DNA from: a bacterium
GTDB lineage: Bacteria; Omnitrophota; Gorgyraeia; Zapsychrales; Zapsychraceae
Assembly: GCA_030429765.1 (NCBI GenBank)
Contig: JAUIER010000003.1
Span: 80,402-144,401, forward strand
Reading direction: 5' to 3'
Length of the DNA: 64,000 nt
The position numbers were made by a program, and so were the translations under genes. Positions within the stretch are counted from its first letter, which is position 1. Each line of letters opens with the position of its first letter. Of this stretch, positions 9,353-20,713 are shown piece after piece. Below the pieces are notes generated by a model that saw only the letters and a program-made list of their open reading frames with translations, searched no databases and was not told the DNA's origin.

Positions 9353-10309
9353 ATGCTGGATAAAGCCAAAGAAGTGATCAAGATCGAAGCGCAGGCCCTC
9401 ACGCAATTCGCCAGGCGTCTGGATGATAACTTCATTCAGGCGGTGGACCTGATTGCCCGGTGCCGCGGGCGTGTGATCATTTCTGGAATGGGCAAAGCCG
9501 GTCTGGTGGGGAATAAAATTGCGGCCACGTTATCCTCAACGGGAACGCCGAGTATCTCGATGCATAGCGCCGACGCGGTGCATGGTGATTTGGGGCAGGT
9601 CACCCGGAAAGACATTCTGATACTGATCTCCAATAGCGGTGAAACGGACGAGACCAAGCGTTTGATCCCGCTCATCAAAAAGATTGGGTCCAAGATCATC
9701 GCCATGACGGGAAATCCCCAATCCAACCTGGCCAAGCACAGCGACATGGTCCTCAATGTCTCGGTCAAGAAAGAGGGATGTCCGCTTGGATTGGCGCCGA
9801 TGGCCTCGACCACGACGATGCTGGCCTGCGGTGATGCACTGGCCGCCTGCTTAATCGAACGCAAAGGCTTTCAGCAAAAAGATTTCGCCTTTTATCATCC
9901 GGCCGGTTCGCTGGGACGCAAGCTTCATATGCGGGTGGAGGATATTATGCGAAAGGACGATGATTTTCCCCGGGTGACAGCCGACACAACCGTCAAGAAT
10001 GTCCTGTTGGCGATTACCCGCAGCCGATGCGGATCGGCCTGTGTGCTTGATAGCCGCGGACGGTTTATCGGGATTTTTACCGATGGAGATCTGCGCCGTC
10101 ACATCGAAAGCGATCCGGATTTGTTGAATCGCGAGGTCAAGAAAGTCATGACCCGCAAGCCGATTACGATCAATAAAGATAAACTGGCCGTTGAGGCTCT
10201 CGAATTGCTCAACAGGCGTCAGATCGATGAAATTCCGGTGGTCAACGGCCAAAATCAGCTGGTCGGATTGCTGGACATTCAGGATCTGCTTAAGGTGGGT
10301 TTACTATGA
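9353..10309 (+). CDS. kdsD: Arabinose-5-phosphate isomerase (SIS + tandem CBS)
   Basis: 318 aa. A SIS domain (GRVIISGMGKAGLVG, SNSGET) is followed by two CBS-like repeats, which is the KdsD/KpsF architecture. Confidence 0.85.
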   Translation: MLDKAKEVIKIEAQALTQFARRLDDNFIQAVDLIARCRGRVIISGMGKAGLVGNKIAATLSSTGTPSISMHSADAVHGDLGQVTRKDILILISNSGETDETKRLIPLIKKIGSKIIAMTGNPQSNLAKHSDMVLNVSVKKEGCPLGLAPMASTTTMLACGDALAACLIERKGFQQKDFAFYHPAGSLGRKLHMRVEDIMRKDDDFPRVTADTTVKNVLLAITRSRCGSACVLDSRGRFIGIFTDGDLRRHIESDPDLLNREVKKVMTRKPITINKDKLAVEALELLNRRQIDEIPVVNGQNQLVGLLDIQDLLKVGLL

Positions 10310-10833
10310 ATAAATCGTTGAAAGATAAGGCCAAAAAGGTTAAACTGCTAGTTCTCGATGTGGATGGTATCCTTTCGGACGGGAAAATTATCGTCTCCGA
10401 CCAGGGGCATGAGATCAAGCATTTCAATGTCTACGACGGTTTCGGAATTGTCCTGTTCCAGCGACAGGGATTTAAAGTGGCCATCATTTCCGCAAGAGAA
10501 TCGGAAGCGGTGAAAGCTCGCGCCAAGGATCTGAAAATCAGCAGGGTCTATCTCAACGCACGTAACAAACTCAAGGTCTACCAGCGACTTGTCAAAAGCC
10601 TAAAGCTCAGCGACGAGGAAGTATGTTTTATGGGGGACGATTTGCCGGATCTCTCTGTCTTTCAGACAGTGGGCCTGGCGGTGACCGTCCCAAATGCCCG
10701 AGAGGAAATCCGGACGATTGCTCATCATGTTACCAAGACGGCCGGTGGCCAGGGAGCGGTTCGCGAGGTGGTAGAGATGATCCTCAAACACAAAGGGATG
10801 TGGGATTCCGTGGTGAAGGAGTATTCCGTATGA
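10306..10833 (+). CDS. kdsC: Kdo-8-phosphate phosphatase (HAD family)
   Basis: 175 aa. HAD motifs LLVLDVDGILSDG and GDDLPD. Its size and its position after kdsD fit KdsC. Confidence 0.85.
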   Translation: MNKSLKDKAKKVKLLVLDVDGILSDGKIIVSDQGHEIKHFNVYDGFGIVLFQRQGFKVAIISARESEAVKARAKDLKISRVYLNARNKLKVYQRLVKSLKLSDEEVCFMGDDLPDLSVFQTVGLAVTVPNAREEIRTIAHHVTKTAGGQGAVREVVEMILKHKGMWDSVVKEYSV

Positions 10834-11657
10834 ATGCACATAGATTTCTGATCGGTTTGATCGCGGTTTTGTTGTCGGCCGGACCAGTTCTGGCGGAGGA
10901 CAATGTGGAACAGCAGTTCCAGGGATTCAATCTTCAGGGGTATACCGACGAGGGCGACAAGGCCTGGGATGTCGAGGGTGATACGGCGGACATCAACGGT
11001 ACAGAAATTACCCTGACCAATGTTGTGGCCAACAGCTATGGCGACCGTCAGATGAACGTGACGGCCGAGATGGGCAAGGTTGATCAGGTCAATGGCCACA
11101 TGCAGCTCGAGAAAGATGTTGTGATCACCAGCGACGACGGGTCCAAACTGATGTCGGACTTTATTGAATGGGACAAAGAGAGCGATACCGTAAGTTCCAG
11201 CGAGGAAGTCTACATCAGGAGCGACGCGTTCAGCGCCACGGGAACAGGCATGAAGGCCCGGCCCGGACTCAAAAGCGCGCAGATCGATAAAGATGTGACC
11301 GTGCGAGTGGAAACCGAAGAGGATACGGAACGGACCAAACAACTGACGGTGAGTAGTGACGGACCGATGATCCTGGACCAGTTGCTGCTCAAGGCCCGGT
11401 TCGAGGTCAACGTTATCGCCGAACAGGACGGTCAAATCCTCAAAGCGGATGTGATCGAGATCTACTTCAAAGAAGGCATGAAGGAAGTTGAGGAAATGAT
11501 CTGTGTGGGCAATGTCGAGATCATTCAGGGCGAGAACAAGACGTATGCCGACAAGGCGACCTATGATGCCGAGGAGCAAAAGCTGGTATTGTCAGGCCGC
11601 CCCAAACTGATTCTGGAAACCGGAGGAGATAGTGGCATTACATCTCTTGGAAACTAA
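10830..11657 (+). CDS. Periplasmic LPS-transport protein with two OstA-like modules (LptC-like then LptA-like)
   Basis: Track ORF 10623-11657 was trimmed to ATG 10830 (ATGA overlap with kdsC). The N-terminus MNAHRFLIGLIAVLLSAGPVLA is a signal or anchor sequence. The first half resembles LptC (ITSDDGSKLMSDFIEWDKESD). The second half resembles LptA/OstA_N (VGNVEIIQGENKTYADKATYDAEEQKLVLSG). It lies directly upstream of lptB. Confidence 0.6.
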   Translation: MNAHRFLIGLIAVLLSAGPVLAEDNVEQQFQGFNLQGYTDEGDKAWDVEGDTADINGTEITLTNVVANSYGDRQMNVTAEMGKVDQVNGHMQLEKDVVITSDDGSKLMSDFIEWDKESDTVSSSEEVYIRSDAFSATGTGMKARPGLKSAQIDKDVTVRVETEEDTERTKQLTVSSDGPMILDQLLLKARFEVNVIAEQDGQILKADVIEIYFKEGMKEVEEMICVGNVEIIQGENKTYADKATYDAEEQKLVLSGRPKLILETGGDSGITSLGN

Positions 11658-12360
11658 GGGATTAGTCAAGTCCTATGGCGGTCGACGGGTCGTCGACGGC
11701 TTGAGTATATCGGTGGGGCGATCTGAGATCGTGGGTCTACTTGGACCCAACGGGGCCGGTAAAACAACCACCTTTTACATGGCGGTGGGCATTGTTCAGC
11801 CCAGTGAAGGTCAGATTCTATTTGATAACGAAGATATCACCAAGAAATCGATTCATCAGCGTTGCCGCCTGGGAATGGGATATCTAGCCCAGGAAGCGTC
11901 GATCTTCAGAAAAATGACCGTTGCGGAAAATATCATGGCGATTCTGGAAACGCTGAATATCAGCCCGCGCGAACGCAAAAAACGGCTGGAATCGTTATTG
12001 GAAGAATTGAACATCGCGCATCTGGCTAAAAGCAAGGCGTATACGTTGTCCGGTGGAGAACGGCGTCGCTTGGAGATCACACGGGCGTTGGTGACGAATC
12101 CATCCTTTTTGTTGTTGGACGAGCCGTTTTCCGGTATTGATCCGATTGTTGTGTCGGAAGCCCAAGAAATTATCAAGGAACTGCGAAATCGGGGGCTTGG
12201 TATTTTGCTAACGGATCACAATGTTCGCGAAACTTTATCGATTACGGACCGTGCGTATCTCGTCGCCGACGGCAACATTCTCAAAGCCGGAACGGCCGAT
12301 GATCTGATCAACGATCCTGAAGCCCGGAAGATCTATCTAGGTGAAAAATTTAAAATGTAA
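11632..12360 (+). CDS. lptB: LPS export ABC transporter ATP-binding protein
   Basis: GTG start at 11632 behind GGAGGAG. Walker A GPNGAGKTT, signature LSGGERRRLEI, Walker B LLLDEPF. Confidence 0.9.
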   Translation: MALHLLETKGLVKSYGGRRVVDGLSISVGRSEIVGLLGPNGAGKTTTFYMAVGIVQPSEGQILFDNEDITKKSIHQRCRLGMGYLAQEASIFRKMTVAENIMAILETLNISPRERKKRLESLLEELNIAHLAKSKAYTLSGGERRRLEITRALVTNPSFLLLDEPFSGIDPIVVSEAQEIIKELRNRGLGILLTDHNVRETLSITDRAYLVADGNILKAGTADDLINDPEARKIYLGEKFKM

Positions 12361-12403
12361 ATGAAACAGTAGTGTGCATCGTTAAGAGAGGAACTAAACC
12401 AAA

Positions 12404-13291
12404 ATGAAACTTGATGTAAAGAAAGTCAGCAGTGTCGCACGGGAATTAAAATTCGAAATCCCCAAAGAAACCGTTACACCGAAATTTGATGAAGTCTACA
12501 AGGATATGTCCAAGACCGTGAAGGTCAAGGGATTCCGTCCGGGAAAGGTCCCACGCAATGTTTTGGAAAACCATCACCGCAAAGAAGCCGAGCAGGAAGT
12601 GATTCGCAAGGTTATTTCGGAAGCCTATGACGAAGCGTTGAAAAAGGAAAATCTCACGCCGATTGACATGCCGGAAATCCATGATGTTGAACTCAAAGAT
12701 GGAATCGTCAAATTCACGGCCAAGCTTGAGATCAAGCCGGAGTTTGAAGTCAAGAAATACAAGGGAATCAAGGTCAAGCGAAAAGCATCTGAAGTTACTG
12801 ACGCCGAGATCAAAAAGACCATGGAGATGTTCAAGCAGGGTCAAGGTAAAGACGACAAGACCAAGATCGACGACGCGTTCGCCAAAGGATTGGGATATCC
12901 GTCACTGGATGAGTTTAAAAAATCTTTAGCTCGTCAGATGGAAATCGAAAAGGACCGTCAGAATAAAACGGATGTTGAGAATCAGATTGTGGAAGATTTG
13001 CTCAAAAAGACAAAATTTGATGTACCTGAATCATTGGTGGAGAAACAATTGCACCGTCGACTTCACGATTACGGTCAACAGCTGGAAAAACAGGGGTTGG
13101 CCAAAGAAGAAGTCAACAAGAAGATCGAGGAGTCCCGGGATGAGCTCAAAGAAGCCGTCCGCAAAGACATTCAGGTTTATCTGATCTTAGACAAGATTGC
13201 GGAAGTCGAAAAGATTGAGATCGGACAAGGGGAAAACCTTCCGGCAAAGGTTATCGAATTTTTGCTGAAGGAAGCCGATTGGCAATCTTAA
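12404..13291 (+). CDS. tig: Trigger factor lacking the PPIase (FKBP) domain
   Basis: 295 aa. The N-terminal ribosome-binding signature GFRPGKVP is present. The C-terminal arm region (DVPESLVEKQL...) follows straight after the linker, so the expected ~100-aa FKBP module is missing. The gene sits upstream of clpP, as tig usually does. Confidence 0.7.
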   Translation: MKLDVKKVSSVARELKFEIPKETVTPKFDEVYKDMSKTVKVKGFRPGKVPRNVLENHHRKEAEQEVIRKVISEAYDEALKKENLTPIDMPEIHDVELKDGIVKFTAKLEIKPEFEVKKYKGIKVKRKASEVTDAEIKKTMEMFKQGQGKDDKTKIDDAFAKGLGYPSLDEFKKSLARQMEIEKDRQNKTDVENQIVEDLLKKTKFDVPESLVEKQLHRRLHDYGQQLEKQGLAKEEVNKKIEESRDELKEAVRKDIQVYLILDKIAEVEKIEIGQGENLPAKVIEFLLKEADWQS

Positions 13292-13328
13292 ATCAGTTTA
13301 ATCCCAAATCAGAAAGGGGATCAGTTCC

Positions 13329-13934
13329 ATGGACGCACAAAATTCCATCTTAGTACCAATGGTTATTGAAAAAACCGGACAAGGTGAACGCTCATACGAT
13401 ATCTACTCCCGTCTGCTCAAAGAACGAATCATCTTTATCGGTACCGCGATTGATGATAACGTCGCCAATCTGATCATTGCTCAGCTGCTGTTTTTGCAGA
13501 GTGAAGATCCGAAAAAAGATATCCATGTGTACGTGAACTCGCCGGGTGGATCAGTAACCGCCGGTCTTGGAATTTACGACACAATGCAGTTTGTCAAACC
13601 CGATGTCTGCACCTATTGTATGGGGCAGGCCGCCAGTATGGGATCTTTGCTGCTGACCGCCGGGGCAAAAGGCAAACGGTACGCGTTGCCGTATTCACGG
13701 ATTATGATCCATCAACCGTGGGGAGGCGCCCAGGGAACGGCCAGTGATATTCATATCCAGGCCAAAGAAATCTTGAGGATGAAGGAGGAGCTGACCAAAT
13801 TGTTGGCGGACCATTCCGGTCAGTCGTTTGAAAAGGTCGAACAGGATTGTGACCGCGACTATTTCATGAGCGCCCAGGAAGCCAAGGATTACGGGTTGGT
13901 TGACGAGGTGCTGACGGCAGCTCCAAAAACTTAA
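13329..13934 (+). CDS. clpP: ATP-dependent Clp protease proteolytic subunit
   Basis: 201 aa. Motifs: [16 protein letters not shown], catalytic Ser context GQAASMGS, His context MIHQP. Confidence 0.95.
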   Translation: MDAQNSILVPMVIEKTGQGERSYDIYSRLLKERIIFIGTAIDDNVANLIIAQLLFLQSEDPKKDIHVYVNSPGGSVTAGLGIYDTMQFVKPDVCTYCMGQAASMGSLLLTAGAKGKRYALPYSRIMIHQPWGGAQGTASDIHIQAKEILRMKEELTKLLADHSGQSFEKVEQDCDRDYFMSAQEAKDYGLVDEVLTAAPKT

Positions 13935-13990
13935 TCTCAATTTATATACGGAAGTTTAAACTTCTGGAAAGGTTTTTAAAGGTAAGAAAG

Positions 13991-15127
13991 ATGGACACCA
14001 TTTTGTTAACTCCGGGACCCACCATGATTCTTGATGAAGCCAGAGAGGCGCTGGGACGGCCGATCATTCATCACCGTACACCGCAGTTTCAGGCCAATAT
14101 CAAGGAAGTCATTGAAGGGTTACAGTACGTCTACCAAACCAAAAATGATATCTACCTGATGACATGCTCGGGAACAGGCGCGATGGAAGCGACGGTCTGT
14201 AATTTGCTGTCGCCGGGTGATGAGGCTATCACGGTGAATGGAGGTAAGTTCGGTGAGCGTTGGGCGGAACTCTGTGAAGCGTATGACGCCAAACCAACCG
14301 TCATTGACGTGGAATGGGGACAGGCTGTCGATCCGGAAAAAATCCGCGAGCATCTTAAGGCGAATCCAAAGATCAAGGCTGTATTTGTCACGTTAAACGA
14401 AACATCTACCGGCGTAGTGTCTGACATTGAGGCGATTGGTAAGGTGGTTGCCGAGACAGACGCGGTGATGATCGTGGACGCCGTCAGTGGCTTGGGTGTG
14501 GTTGATTGTCAAACCGATAAATGGAAGGCCGATATGGTTGTCTCGGGTTCGCATAAAGGATTTATGCTGCCGCCGGGACTGGCCTTTATTTCGGCGTCCG
14601 AAAAAGCCATCAAGTTGATTAACAGTTCGACCAATCGTCGATTTTATTTTGATCTTCGTAAGTCTAAAAAGGCCTTTGAAGCGACGGATACTCCGTTCAC
14701 ACCGGCGATTGGAATCGTTATCGGAATGGTGGAGAGTCTCCGCTGGATGCGTGAGAAAGGAATTGAAAATCTTTTCGCCCACTATGAGCGGCTGGCGAAG
14801 GGATGTCGCGCGGCGGCCAAGGCCTTGGACCTTAAATTGTTGGCCGATGAGTCATGCATTTCGAATGTCCTGACAGCGATCCATATTCCCGAAGGCGTCG
14901 ACGGCGGAAAATTGGTCAAGACCATGCGAGACACGCATGGTGTCACCTGCGCCGGCGGTCAAGGGCACCTAAAGGGTAAGATTATCCGTATCGCCCATAT
15001 GGGGATCGTAAATGAAGATCACATCATTCGATGTCTGGAAACGTTCGAGCTGGTATTGAAAGAAATGGGATATTCGTTTACAGACCAGGCCGGTGTCAAT
15101 GCGGCCAAAGCTGTCTTTAATTCATAA
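13991..15127 (+). CDS. Class V pyridoxal-phosphate aminotransferase (serine-glyoxylate / phosphoserine aminotransferase type)
   Basis: 378 aa. LLTPGPT at the N-terminus and the PLP-lysine context SGSHKGFMLPPG. It lies immediately upstream of serA, which suggests a role in serine synthesis. Confidence 0.7.
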   Translation: MDTILLTPGPTMILDEAREALGRPIIHHRTPQFQANIKEVIEGLQYVYQTKNDIYLMTCSGTGAMEATVCNLLSPGDEAITVNGGKFGERWAELCEAYDAKPTVIDVEWGQAVDPEKIREHLKANPKIKAVFVTLNETSTGVVSDIEAIGKVVAETDAVMIVDAVSGLGVVDCQTDKWKADMVVSGSHKGFMLPPGLAFISASEKAIKLINSSTNRRFYFDLRKSKKAFEATDTPFTPAIGIVIGMVESLRWMREKGIENLFAHYERLAKGCRAAAKALDLKLLADESCISNVLTAIHIPEGVDGGKLVKTMRDTHGVTCAGGQGHLKGKIIRIAHMGIVNEDHIIRCLETFELVLKEMGYSFTDQAGVNAAKAVFNS

Positions 15128-15147
15128 ACAACGATGAGGATGGACCG

Positions 15148-16731
15148 ATGAAAATTCTAATTAGTGATAAACTCGCCGAAGAAGGCGTTAATATACTGAA
15201 GGCCGAGAAGGATTTCGAAGTTGATGTCAAGACAGGGATGAGTCCTGACGAATTGAAATCTGTGATTGGAGACTACCACGCGATTATCATCCGCTCGGCA
15301 ACCACATTGACAGGTGATGTCATCGAGGCGGCGGACAATCTCAAGGTGATCGGAAGGGCAGGGGTCGGGCTGGACAACGTGGATCTCAAAGCAGCCACCA
15401 AAAAAGGGGTGGTGGCCATGAACACGCCGGCCGGTAATACGACGTCGACGGCCGAACACACGATGAGTATGATCCTGGCTGTTTCAAGAAATATTCCCCA
15501 GGCGTATTCAGCGATGAAGGCCGGACGCTGGGATCGATCCAAGTTCGGCGGCGTTGAACTTTACGGCAAGACACTTGGTGTTATCGGACTAGGCCGGATT
15601 GGCGCTACCGTGGCCAAGTTCGCCAAGGCCTTCGGAATGGACATCATCGCGTATGATCCATACCTGTCCAACGAGGCCATGGCTCAGAAAAATATCGAGT
15701 CGGTCACACTCGAGGATCTGTACAAACGATCCGACTACATCACGATTCATATTCCCAAGACAAACGAAACCAAGAATTTAATCTCCACCAAGGAGATCGA
15801 GATGATGAAGCCGTCCGTGCTGCTGATCAATTGCGCGCGCGGCGGTATTATCGATGAAGCGGCATTGGCCGAAGCCCTAGAAAACAAGAAGATCAAGGGA
15901 TGCGCGCTGGATGTGTACGATTCTGAACCGCTTGATCCATCATCACCGTTACTCAAATACGATAATTGTGTGGTCACGCCGCATTTGGGCGCTTCGACAT
16001 CGGAAGCGCAGATCAATGTGGCCATCGAGATTGCCGAGACAGTTCGGGATGCCTTGTTGGGACGAGGTATCGTGAATGCCGCCAACTTCCCATCGGTCGA
16101 CGCGGAAAGTTACAAGACGCTTGAGCCGTATGTCAATCTTGGACAAAGCATGGGGCAATTTGCCGGCCAACTGATTCATGGTCGTATCAGTGAGGTCAAG
16201 ATCACTTACAGCGGAATCCTGACGCAGCATAAAACAGCGCCGGTGACATTGTCGATCATCAACGGTCTGCTGACGCCGATTCTGGGTGAAGGTGTGAACT
16301 ACATCAATGCGCTGGATATCGCCAAGGATCGGGCGATCGATGTTCAAGATGTCAAGTCAACCAAGGTGGATGAATTTGTCAACTGCATCAAACTGGATGT
16401 TAAGACCGACAAAGATCCGTTTTCAATGTTGGGAACACTTTCAAGCAATTTGCAGCCGCGTATTGTCAAGATCGGCAGCATTTATATGGAAGCCGTTCCC
16501 AAAGGTCACATGTTGTTTATTCAGAACAACGACAAGCCCGGATTGGTTGGCGCGGTGGGTACGATCCTGGCGCAGGACAATATCAACATCGCCGGTATTA
16601 CGTTGGGCCGGGAAGCTGAACGCAAGACGGCGATCAGTGTGGTCAACGTAGATAATGAGGTGACTGATAAGACGATTCAGAAGCTCAAGGATACGGCGGA
16701 CGTTTTGTATGTCAAATCACTAAAGGTGTAA
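15148..16731 (+). CDS. serA: D-3-phosphoglycerate dehydrogenase (long form with ASB and ACT domains)
   Basis: 527 aa. NAD site GVIGLGRIG. The 2-hydroxyacid dehydrogenase core is followed by a ~200-aa regulatory C-terminus. Confidence 0.9.
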   Translation: MKILISDKLAEEGVNILKAEKDFEVDVKTGMSPDELKSVIGDYHAIIIRSATTLTGDVIEAADNLKVIGRAGVGLDNVDLKAATKKGVVAMNTPAGNTTSTAEHTMSMILAVSRNIPQAYSAMKAGRWDRSKFGGVELYGKTLGVIGLGRIGATVAKFAKAFGMDIIAYDPYLSNEAMAQKNIESVTLEDLYKRSDYITIHIPKTNETKNLISTKEIEMMKPSVLLINCARGGIIDEAALAEALENKKIKGCALDVYDSEPLDPSSPLLKYDNCVVTPHLGASTSEAQINVAIEIAETVRDALLGRGIVNAANFPSVDAESYKTLEPYVNLGQSMGQFAGQLIHGRISEVKITYSGILTQHKTAPVTLSIINGLLTPILGEGVNYINALDIAKDRAIDVQDVKSTKVDEFVNCIKLDVKTDKDPFSMLGTLSSNLQPRIVKIGSIYMEAVPKGHMLFIQNNDKPGLVGAVGTILAQDNINIAGITLGREAERKTAISVVNVDNEVTDKTIQKLKDTADVLYVKSLKV

Positions 16732-16736
16732 AACAC

Positions 16737-18814
<2,078 letters not shown>

Positions 18815-18855
18815 TGTTGTATCTTGTTGTGCCATAGGGGTTTGTTATAATTTTC

Positions 18856-18884
18856 TTGACTTTAAATTACACTCATGATAATGT
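18856..18884 (+). promoter_or_regulatory. Sigma70-like promoter candidate upstream of the OmpA/MotB-like gene
   Basis: TTGACT (18856-18861), a 17-nt spacer, then TAATGT (18879-18884). An alternative -10, GATAAT, lies 2 nt upstream. A strong RBS (AAGGAGGAAGG) follows. Confidence 0.35.
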
Positions 18885-18908
18885 GGGTTACAGTCAAAGG
18901 AGGAAGGT

Positions 18909-19544
18909 ATGTGGAAGCCGTTAAAACGAAGTTTTTTGATCATAACTCTGTTAACGAGTGTCGTTTCCTTAAGCGGTTGCACACTTATTTTCCAAAAAGG
19001 ACGTCGCGTTGATGTCGATAAAATTTCTACGCTGAAGAATGATCTTGCCGCGCTCGAGCGTGAAAAGTCAAACCTCGAAAAGGCCCAGGAACAGCTGCAG
19101 GGCCGTCTGAAAAACGAAATCAAAGATAGTGAAGTCAAGGTTGAAATGCTGGAACGTGGTCTGGTGATCACATTCGTGGCTGAAGTTCTATTTGACTCGG
19201 GTAAAGCCGAACTCAGACAGGGCACTCGGGAAAAACTCGATAAAGTCGCCCGTGTTTTGAACACCACCGTTAAAGATTTGAATGTCGGGATCGAAGGTCA
19301 CACCGACAATGTGCCCATCAAGCATTCCGGATGGAAATCCAACTGGGAACTTTCTACCGCGCGGGCGTTAAGTGTACTGCATAAAATGGTTAATGAACAT
19401 GGGGTGGATCCAACCCGGCTGTCGGCCACAGGATTTGGTGAATACAAACCGGTTGCCGGCAACGATACAGATGCCGGTCGGCAAAAGAACCGTCGGGTTG
19501 AAATTGTGATTCTGCCGGAAACCACCAAAGAAGGTCGGAAGTAA
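18909..19544 (+). CDS. OmpA/MotB-family peptidoglycan-binding lipoprotein with a coiled-coil linker
   Basis: 211 aa. Lipobox VSLSGC. The C-terminus EGHTDNVPI...SNWELSTARALSV...NRRVEIVI is OmpA_C/MotB-like. Confidence 0.75.
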   Translation: MWKPLKRSFLIITLLTSVVSLSGCTLIFQKGRRVDVDKISTLKNDLAALEREKSNLEKAQEQLQGRLKNEIKDSEVKVEMLERGLVITFVAEVLFDSGKAELRQGTREKLDKVARVLNTTVKDLNVGIEGHTDNVPIKHSGWKSNWELSTARALSVLHKMVNEHGVDPTRLSATGFGEYKPVAGNDTDAGRQKNRRVEIVILPETTKEGRK

Positions 19545-19550
19545 GCAGCA

Positions 19551-19895
19551 ATGCGAATTTTCATTATGGTATTGGCCATCGTCCTCGCCGCGGCGGGCGG
19601 CGGATTGGCGTACCGTTACTACCAACAAGCTGCCGTGTCGGTGGGTGAGTTAGAAGAAGAGCGTTACAAACGCATGGTCGCTGAGGAAGACTACGAAAAA
19701 CAGCGCCAGAAGGCCAAAAGCCTGGAAAGCAAGCTCAAGAAATCAGAACAGCGCGTCACAAATCTGGAAAACAAAGTCGAAAAGATTTCAGCCATCAATG
19801 ATGACATGAAATTACGTCTTGAGAAGTCAGCCCAGATTCAGAAGCAGCTTGAGCAAAAAATCATTGAGTTCGAGGCATCATCTCCACAAATCTAG
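19551..19895 (+). CDS. Small membrane-anchored coiled-coil protein
   Basis: 114 aa. An N-terminal transmembrane segment (IFIMVLAIVLAAAGGGLA) is followed by a heptad-like charged region. Function unknown. Confidence 0.45.
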   Translation: MRIFIMVLAIVLAAAGGGLAYRYYQQAAVSVGELEEERYKRMVAEEDYEKQRQKAKSLESKLKKSEQRVTNLENKVEKISAINDDMKLRLEKSAQIQKQLEQKIIEFEASSPQI

Positions 19896-19935
19896 GGGAT
19901 GATCAATAGGGACAACAGTCGAACTTTTATATGAT

Positions 19936-19963
19936 GGGGGATGAAAATCCCCCATTTTATTTG
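19936..19963 (+). terminator. Rho-independent terminator
   Basis: GGGGGAT-GAAA-ATCCCCC (7-bp stem, GNRA loop) followed by ATTTTATTTG, 40 nt after the stop at 19895. It lies inside the over-extended track ORF 19931-20713. Confidence 0.7.
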
Positions 19964-19972
19964 TCAGATACC

Positions 19973-20713
19973 ATGAACAAAGATATTGATAAAGGTAAAA
20001 TTCCACAGCATGTCGCCATCATCATGGACGGCAACGGCCGCTGGGCGCAGCAACAGAATCTCTCGCGGACACAGGGGCATATCGCCGGGGTCAAGCGGGT
20101 CGAAGACATTATTGACTATGCGCAGGAGATCGGTATCAAAGTTTTGACACTCTATACGTTCTCATCGGAAAATTGGAACCGCCCGACCAATGAAGTGTCA
20201 ACGATCATGAATATCGTCACGGCCGTGCTTAACAGAAAGACCAAAAAGCTCAAAGGCGATAATATGCGCTTTGGTATGATCGGACGCGAAGACGGGCTGC
20301 CTGAATCGGCCTTGAACGCCATCAAGATGGTCATCAATGAGACCAGCAAGAATACCGGGTTGCTGATCAATCTGGCCTTTAACTACGGGGCCCGGCAGGA
20401 GATCCTCGACGCCATAAAGTCAATTTCCCAATCAGTTAAGGATGGTAAGCTCACGACGGATGATATTACCGAAGAGTTGTTCAGCCGGTCGCTATACACC
20501 AAGGACTTACCGGATCCTGATTTGCTGATTCGGACGTCCGGTGAAAAGCGGATCAGTAATTTTCTTTTGTGGCAATTATCGTATGCGGAGTTCTATTTTA
20601 CAGAGAAATTTTGGCCGGACTTTGATATTGCTGAATTCGAGAACGCACTGATGGATTATCAAAACCGGCAGCGAAGATTTGGTAACTTAATCTCTCAATC
20701 CCTGAATGAATAA
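19973..20713 (+). CDS. uppS: Undecaprenyl-diphosphate synthase
   Basis: The track start 19931 would place a terminator inside the gene, so ATG 19973 (MNKDIDKG...) is used. Motifs: HVAIIMDGNGRWA, ENWNRP, and the ERRFG-like RQRRFG at the C-terminus. Confidence 0.9.
   Translation: MNKDIDKGKIPQHVAIIMDGNGRWAQQQNLSRTQGHIAGVKRVEDIIDYAQEIGIKVLTLYTFSSENWNRPTNEVSTIMNIVTAVLNRKTKKLKGDNMRFGMIGREDGLPESALNAIKMVINETSKNTGLLINLAFNYGARQEILDAIKSISQSVKDGKLTTDDITEELFSRSLYTKDLPDPDLLIRTSGEKRISNFLLWQLSYAEFYFTEKFWPDFDIAEFENALMDYQNRQRRFGNLISQSLNE

Noticed and set aside
10725-11579. Long minus-strand ORFs in the track. Examples are 10725-11579 (284 aa), 34317-35015 (232 aa), 53122-53769 (215 aa), 41291-41929 (212 aa) and 7742-8317 (191 aa).
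   Set aside because: Each lies entirely antisense to a + strand gene with clear family motifs (Lpt protein, SpoIID-like, trpD, oxidoreductase-like, kdsB). Their translations are low-complexity, Arg/His/Leu-rich shadow sequences with no recognisable motifs.
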